Source of the DNA: Thiobacillaceae bacterium
GTDB taxonomy: Bacteria > Pseudomonadota > Gammaproteobacteria > Burkholderiales > Thiobacillaceae
Direction of reading: 5' to 3'
DNA length: 58,664 nt
Assembly: GCA_025054655.1 (NCBI GenBank)
Contig: JANWZL010000064.1
Coordinates: 1 to 58,664 of the forward strand
The translations under genes and the position numbers were made by a program. Positions 54,541 through 58,664 of the stretch are shown piece after piece. Below the pieces are notes generated by a model. It had not been told where the DNA came from, made no database searches, and was given only the letters and a program-made list of their open reading frames with translations. The stretch's first letter is position 1; each line of letters starts with the position of its first letter.

Positions 54541-54575
54541 GAGAGGGTTGAGGCGTGAGGGGTGATGGGTGAGGG
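54541..54575. repeat. heptanucleotide tandem repeat (GTGAGGG-type x5) directly after the purH stop
   Basis: gagaggg ttgaggc gtgaggg gtgatgg gtgaggg. Confidence 0.78.
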
Positions 54576-54618
54576 GTTAAAATAGGTGTAACGTCACGAG
54601 CATTCCCACAAGGCTGAC

Positions 54619-55911
54619 ATGAAACTGCTGGTCATCGGCGCCGGTGGGCGCGAGCATGCGCTTGCCTGGCGCCTGGCGCAAAGCCCGCGCGTGCACAAGG
54701 TCTATGTCGCCCCCGGCAACGCCGGTACGGCACGCGAGGAGAAACTGGAAAACCTCGCACTCACCGAGTTCGACGCCCTGATCGATTTCTGCCGGCGCGA
54801 GGGGATCGATTTCACCGTGGTGGGGCCGGAGGCGCCGCTTGCCGCCGGCATTGTCGACCGCTTCCGCGCCGCGGGGCTCAAGATTTTCGGGCCCAGCCAG
54901 GCCGCCGCCCGGTTGGAGGCCTCCAAGGCGTTCGCCAAGGCCTTCATGCAGCGGTACGGCATCCCCACCGCCGCTTACGCCGAGTTCGACGAGGCCGCCG
55001 CGGCCCACGCCTACATCGACGTGCACGGCGCCCCCATCGTGGTGAAGGCCGACGGGCTGGCCGCCGGCAAGGGCGTGGTGGTGGCGGCGAGCCGTGAAGA
55101 AGCGCATGCGGCGGTGGAAGCGATGCTCGCCGAGGGCCGGCTGGGTGAGGCCGGCCGGCGCGTGGTGATCGAGGACTGCCTGGACGGCGAGGAGGCGAGC
55201 TTCATCGTCATGGTCGATGGCGAACACGTGCTGCCGCTCGCCACCAGCCAGGACCACAAGCGGTTGCTGGAGGGCGACCGCGGGCCCAACACCGGCGGCA
55301 TGGGGGCCTACTCGCCCGCCCCGCTGGTCACGCCGGAGCTGCACGCGCGCATCCTGCGCGAGGTGATCCGCCCGGCGGTAGCGGGTCTCAAACAGGAAGG
55401 CATGCCCTACACCGGTTTCCTCTACGCCGGGCTGATGATCGGCGCGGATGGCTCCCCACGGGTGCTGGAGTTCAACTGCCGGCTGGGCGACCCCGAGACC
55501 CAGCCCATCCTGCTGCGGCTCAAGAACGATCTCGCCCAGCTCATCGAGGCCGCGTTGGAGGGGCGGCTGGATCAGGTCGAGGCCGAATGGGACCGCCGCT
55601 ACGCCCTGGGGGTGGTGCTGGCGGCGGCGGGTTATCCCGAGGCCCCCCGCACCGGCGACCCCATCAGCGGTCTGGACCAGCGTGGGGAGGACTTCCACCT
55701 CTTCCACGCCGGCACGGCGGTGCGCGATGGCCAGGTGGTCACCGCCGGCGGCCGGGTGCTCACTGTCACCGCCCTGGGCGACACCATCAAGATCGCCCAG
55801 GCGCGCGCCTATGAAGTGGCCGACCACATCGAATTCGCCGGCCGGCAGATGCGCCGCGACATCGGCTGGCGGGCCCTGCAGCGGCGGGCGAACAACCGCA
55901 GCCGCGCCTGA
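54619..55911 (+). CDS. purD: phosphoribosylamine--glycine ligase
   Basis: 430 aa. MKLLVIGAGGREHALAWRL, ATP-grasp VVKADGLAAGKGV, EFNCRLGDPETQ. Confidence 0.95.
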   Translation: MKLLVIGAGGREHALAWRLAQSPRVHKVYVAPGNAGTAREEKLENLALTEFDALIDFCRREGIDFTVVGPEAPLAAGIVDRFRAAGLKIFGPSQAAARLEASKAFAKAFMQRYGIPTAAYAEFDEAAAAHAYIDVHGAPIVVKADGLAAGKGVVVAASREEAHAAVEAMLAEGRLGEAGRRVVIEDCLDGEEASFIVMVDGEHVLPLATSQDHKRLLEGDRGPNTGGMGAYSPAPLVTPELHARILREVIRPAVAGLKQEGMPYTGFLYAGLMIGADGSPRVLEFNCRLGDPETQPILLRLKNDLAQLIEAALEGRLDQVEAEWDRRYALGVVLAAAGYPEAPRTGDPISGLDQRGEDFHLFHAGTAVRDGQVVTAGGRVLTVTALGDTIKIAQARAYEVADHIEFAGRQMRRDIGWRALQRRANNRSRA

Positions 55912-56869
55912 GGCGCCGGCGCCCTACCGTGCCCCCTGGTGGCTACCCGGGGGTCATCTGCAGACCATCTGGCCCTGGCTGATCGGCGCCCCGTCCATAC
56001 CCCTGCGGCGCGAGCGCTGGGAACGCGACGACGGCGATTTCACCGACCTCGACTGGCTGGACGGCCCGACCCAAGCGCCGGTGGTGGTGCTGTTCCACGG
56101 GCTGGAGGGCGGCAGCCGCAGCCACTACGCGCGCGCCCTCATGCGTGCCCTGCGGCACATCGGCTGGCGCGGGGTGGTGGCCCATTTTCGCGCCTGCTCG
56201 GGCGAACCGAACCGTCTGCCGCGCGCTTACCACGCCGGCGACAGCACCGAGATCGGTGAGATCCTCGCCCACCTACGCCCGCGCGCCGGCCGCGCGCCGC
56301 TGTATGCCGTGGGGGTGTCGCTCGGCGGCAACGCCTTGCTCAAATGGCTGGGCGAGGCCGGTGAGGCGGCCCAGGCGGTGGTCGCCCGCGCCGCGGCGGT
56401 GTGCGCCCCGCTCGACCTCAGCGCCGCTGGGTACGCCCTCGACCGGGGCCTGAACCGCCTCTACACCTTGCACTTCCTGGCCAGCCTCAAGCCGAAGTTA
56501 CGGCACAAGCGCCGCACCCTCGCCCCACGGCTCGACCACATCGACCTGAGCGGCATCTGGAGCATGCGCGCCTTCGACGACCGAGTGACCGCCCCCCTGC
56601 ACGGCTACCGCGACGCCCTCGACTACTGGCGGCGCGCCTCCGCCCGGCCATGGCTCGCGCACATCGCCGTGCCCACCCTGGTGCTCAATGCCCGCAACGA
56701 CCCCTTCCTGCCCGCCAGCGCACTGCCCAGCGCGACCGAGGCGGCCGCCAGCGTGCGTCTGGAATACCCGCCGGAGGGCGGTCACGTCGGCTTCCTCACC
56801 GGCCCCTTTCCGGGCCGTATCGACTGGCTGCCGCGCCGGCTGCTGCGCTACCTCGCCACGGGGGACTGA
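55811..56869 (+). CDS. YheT-like alpha/beta hydrolase; start uncertain
   Basis: Conserved part starts near 55925 (YRAPWWLPGGHLQTIWP...VVLFHGLEGGS...GVSLGGNALLKWLGE...EGGHVGF). The nearest in-frame canonical start is ATG 55811, which overlaps purD by 101 nt. Confidence 0.75.
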   Translation: MKWPTTSNSPAGRCAATSAGGPCSGGRTTAAAPEAPAPYRAPWWLPGGHLQTIWPWLIGAPSIPLRRERWERDDGDFTDLDWLDGPTQAPVVVLFHGLEGGSRSHYARALMRALRHIGWRGVVAHFRACSGEPNRLPRAYHAGDSTEIGEILAHLRPRAGRAPLYAVGVSLGGNALLKWLGEAGEAAQAVVARAAAVCAPLDLSAAGYALDRGLNRLYTLHFLASLKPKLRHKRRTLAPRLDHIDLSGIWSMRAFDDRVTAPLHGYRDALDYWRRASARPWLAHIAVPTLVLNARNDPFLPASALPSATEAAASVRLEYPPEGGHVGFLTGPFPGRIDWLPRRLLRYLATGD

Positions 56870-58032
56870 TGCCCTTCGACTTCGACACCCCGATCGACCG
56901 CAGCGGCACCGCCACCGTCAAGTACGAACGGCGTGCAGCGCGCTTCGGACAGGCGGACGTGTTGCCGCTGTGGGTGGCGGACATGGACTTCGCCACCCCG
57001 CCCTGCGTGGTCTCGGCGCTTACGGCGCGCTGCGCCCATCCCATCTACGGCTATACCATAGTGCCGGAGTCGGCCGTGCAGGCTGTGGCCGACTGGCAGC
57101 TGCGCCGCCACGGCTGGTGCATAGACCCCGACTGGGTGCTGATCGGGCCCGGGCTACTGCCCCTGTATGCGGCCTGCATCACCGCCTACACCCGAGCCGG
57201 CGAGACCGTGGCGCTGCCCACGCCGGTATACGATCCCCTGTTCGCGATCCCGCAGCGGCTGGACCGACAGGTGCTGCGCCTGCCCCTCATCCAGGCGGGC
57301 GGCCTACAGGCGCTGGACGGCGCAAGCTGGGCGCGCATGCTCACGCCCGGCACGCGCCTCCTCGTCCTGTGCAGCCCGCACAACCCCGGTGGCCGGGTAT
57401 GGCGAACCGAGGAGCTCGCCGCCCTGGGCGAGCTGGCCCAGCGACACGACCTGCTCATCATCAGCGACGAGATCCACGCCGACCTCGTCTATCCCGGCCA
57501 CCGCCACCAGCCCATCGCCAGCCTGACACCGCAGCTCGCCGCCCGCACCATCACCCTCGGCTCGCCCGGCAAGACCTTCAACACCGCCGGGCTGGCCACC
57601 GCTTATGCCATCGTGCCCGACGCCGCGCTGCGCGCCCTGCTGCAGCAGGCGATGCAGGCGCACGGCCTGGAGGGGCCCAACCTGTTCGGCCTCGCGGCCC
57701 TGGTCGCGGCCTACCGCGAGGGCGGACCGTGGCTCGAGGCCCTTATCGCCTATCTGCGCGGCAACCGCGACCACACCCTGGCCTGGCTCGCCCAACACCT
57801 GCCGCTCGTCCGCCCCCACCCGCCCGAGGCCAGCTTCCTGCTGTGGCTCGATTGCCGCGCCCTGGGCCTGACGGACGACGAGCTCATGCGCCGCCTGGTC
57901 GCGGCCGGGCTGGGCCTCACCCCAGGCCGACAGTTCGGCCCCGAGGGCAGCGGCTTCGTGCGGCTCAACTACGCCCTCCCGCGCGCGCGTCTGGACGAGG
58001 CCCTCACGCGGCTAGCCATCGCCCTGAAGTGA
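56869..58032 (+). CDS. PatB/MalY-type PLP-dependent C-S lyase (aminotransferase class I/II)
   Basis: ATG 56869 overlaps the upstream TGA by 1 nt. MPFDFDTPIDRSGTATVKYE...PLWVADMDF...SPHNPGGRVW...GSPGKTFN (PLP Lys context). Confidence 0.88.
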   Translation: MPFDFDTPIDRSGTATVKYERRAARFGQADVLPLWVADMDFATPPCVVSALTARCAHPIYGYTIVPESAVQAVADWQLRRHGWCIDPDWVLIGPGLLPLYAACITAYTRAGETVALPTPVYDPLFAIPQRLDRQVLRLPLIQAGGLQALDGASWARMLTPGTRLLVLCSPHNPGGRVWRTEELAALGELAQRHDLLIISDEIHADLVYPGHRHQPIASLTPQLAARTITLGSPGKTFNTAGLATAYAIVPDAALRALLQQAMQAHGLEGPNLFGLAALVAAYREGGPWLEALIAYLRGNRDHTLAWLAQHLPLVRPHPPEASFLLWLDCRALGLTDDELMRRLVAAGLGLTPGRQFGPEGSGFVRLNYALPRARLDEALTRLAIALK

Positions 58033-58112
58033 GCGCACCCTCACATGGCGACTGCGATATTGACGCTGCGTGCATTTCAGGCGTTAGATTGGACAACCAC
58101 AGGAGTTGCACC

Positions 58113-58328
58113 ATGACCGAGCCTTCCCCGGAAGAACGCGCCCATCTCAACGCCCGCATCCTCGCCCTGGAGACCGAGCACCGCGACCTCGACCGCGCCA
58201 TCGCGCACCTGATCGACACCGGCTACCCCGATCAGCTCGGCATCCAGCGTCTGAAGAAACGCAAGCTGGCCATCAAGGACGAGATCGAGCGCCTCAAGCT
58301 CGCCATGATGCCGGACATGCCGGCCTGA
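58113..58328 (+). CDS. YdcH/DUF465 family small coiled-coil protein
   Basis: 71 aa from ATG 58113, with AGGAG upstream. LETEHRDLDRAIAHL...LGIQRLKKRKLAIKDEIERLK. Confidence 0.75.
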   Translation: MTEPSPEERAHLNARILALETEHRDLDRAIAHLIDTGYPDQLGIQRLKKRKLAIKDEIERLKLAMMPDMPA

Positions 58329-58353
58329 AGCCGGCCGCGGGCCGCAGCGTCCC

Positions 58354-58664
58354 CTATTCGTTCTCGCCGTAGGGGAAGCGCACGTGGCCGTAGCGGATGG
58401 CCAGCACCGCCAGCGCAAGCAGCAGGATCGCGGCCGACACCGCGATCAGATGCTCGAGTTCCATGTTCTTGATGTCCAGCACGATGAAACGCGCCAGGGC
58501 GACGATGGCGATGTAGATGGGGAAGCGCACCGGCAGCTTGCCCGAGCGGTAGTACACCCCGACCATGGCGAGGATCTCCAGGTAGAGGAACATCAGCAGC
58601 AGGTCGGCCAAGGTGACCGTGCCCGCGTCGATCATCACCCCCACCTCGTGCACACCGGCGACGA
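58354..58664 (-). CDS. psiE: phosphate-starvation-inducible protein PsiE, N-terminus beyond window edge
   Basis: The reading frame stays open to the window end. LADLLLMFLYLEILAMVGVYYRSGKLPVRFPIYIAIVALARFIVLD matches the PsiE core pattern. Confidence 0.78.
   Translation of the reverse strand, partial: VAGVHEVGVMIDAGTVTLADLLLMFLYLEILAMVGVYYRSGKLPVRFPIYIAIVALARFIVLDIKNMELEHLIAVSAAILLLALAVLAIRYGHVRFPYGENE

Overview
GC-rich chromosomal segment (GC not computed). The synteny looks betaproteobacterial: ilvI-ilvH-ilvC-psd-pssA; def-fmt-htpX-rsmB-DUF4390-ntrY-ntrX-trkA-trkH; dprA-smg-type IA topoisomerase; dusB-fis-purH-purD. I support about 70 protein genes and 2 tRNAs (Thr-CGU, Pro-CGG). I saw no rRNA, CRISPR array, cas gene, transposase or integrase. 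Most of the window is densely packed housekeeping DNA, and many long ORFs in the track are antisense or out-of-frame shadows typical of high-GC DNA.

Four things stand out:

1. **Heptanucleotide tandem repeats.** A family with units T[CG]AGG[GA]N, plus one GTCYTCN array, occupies at least eight short intergenic or intercistronic gaps. Direct and inverted blocks can often pair. Three arrays abut start codons that lack a Shine-Dalgarno sequence, and one runs into the C-terminal coding tail of a gene.
2. **A zinc-starvation island, about 20.1-28.4 kb.** It holds ZnuABC, a His-rich outer-membrane barrel, ZrgA/DUF2796, DUF3299, a small CxxC protein, a COG0523 GTPase, and Zur co-transcribed with a DsrE-like protein and a HisI paralogue. 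Three copies of a conserved CAACTCGGTTGCA palindromic motif are candidate Zur operators. The motif-bearing promoter is shared with a divergent gene pair: a stand-alone hydrogenase-maturation-protease-like gene and a secreted thermonuclease.
3. **An HslV-like protease with no HslU.** It has a roughly 18-residue leader ending G|TT, consistent with the orphan betaproteobacterial proteasome homologue (BPH) class. It lies downstream of an internally duplicated STAS-domain protein.
4. **Regulatory oddities.** A PCuAC copper chaperone sits divergent to regB-regA with a perfect GCGAC-N5-GTCGC palindrome between them. There is also an Irr-type (HHH motif, cysteine-poor) Fur paralogue.

No classical defence or mobile system is evident. 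All functional calls rest on my reading of the translations and recall of family motifs; no database search was run.
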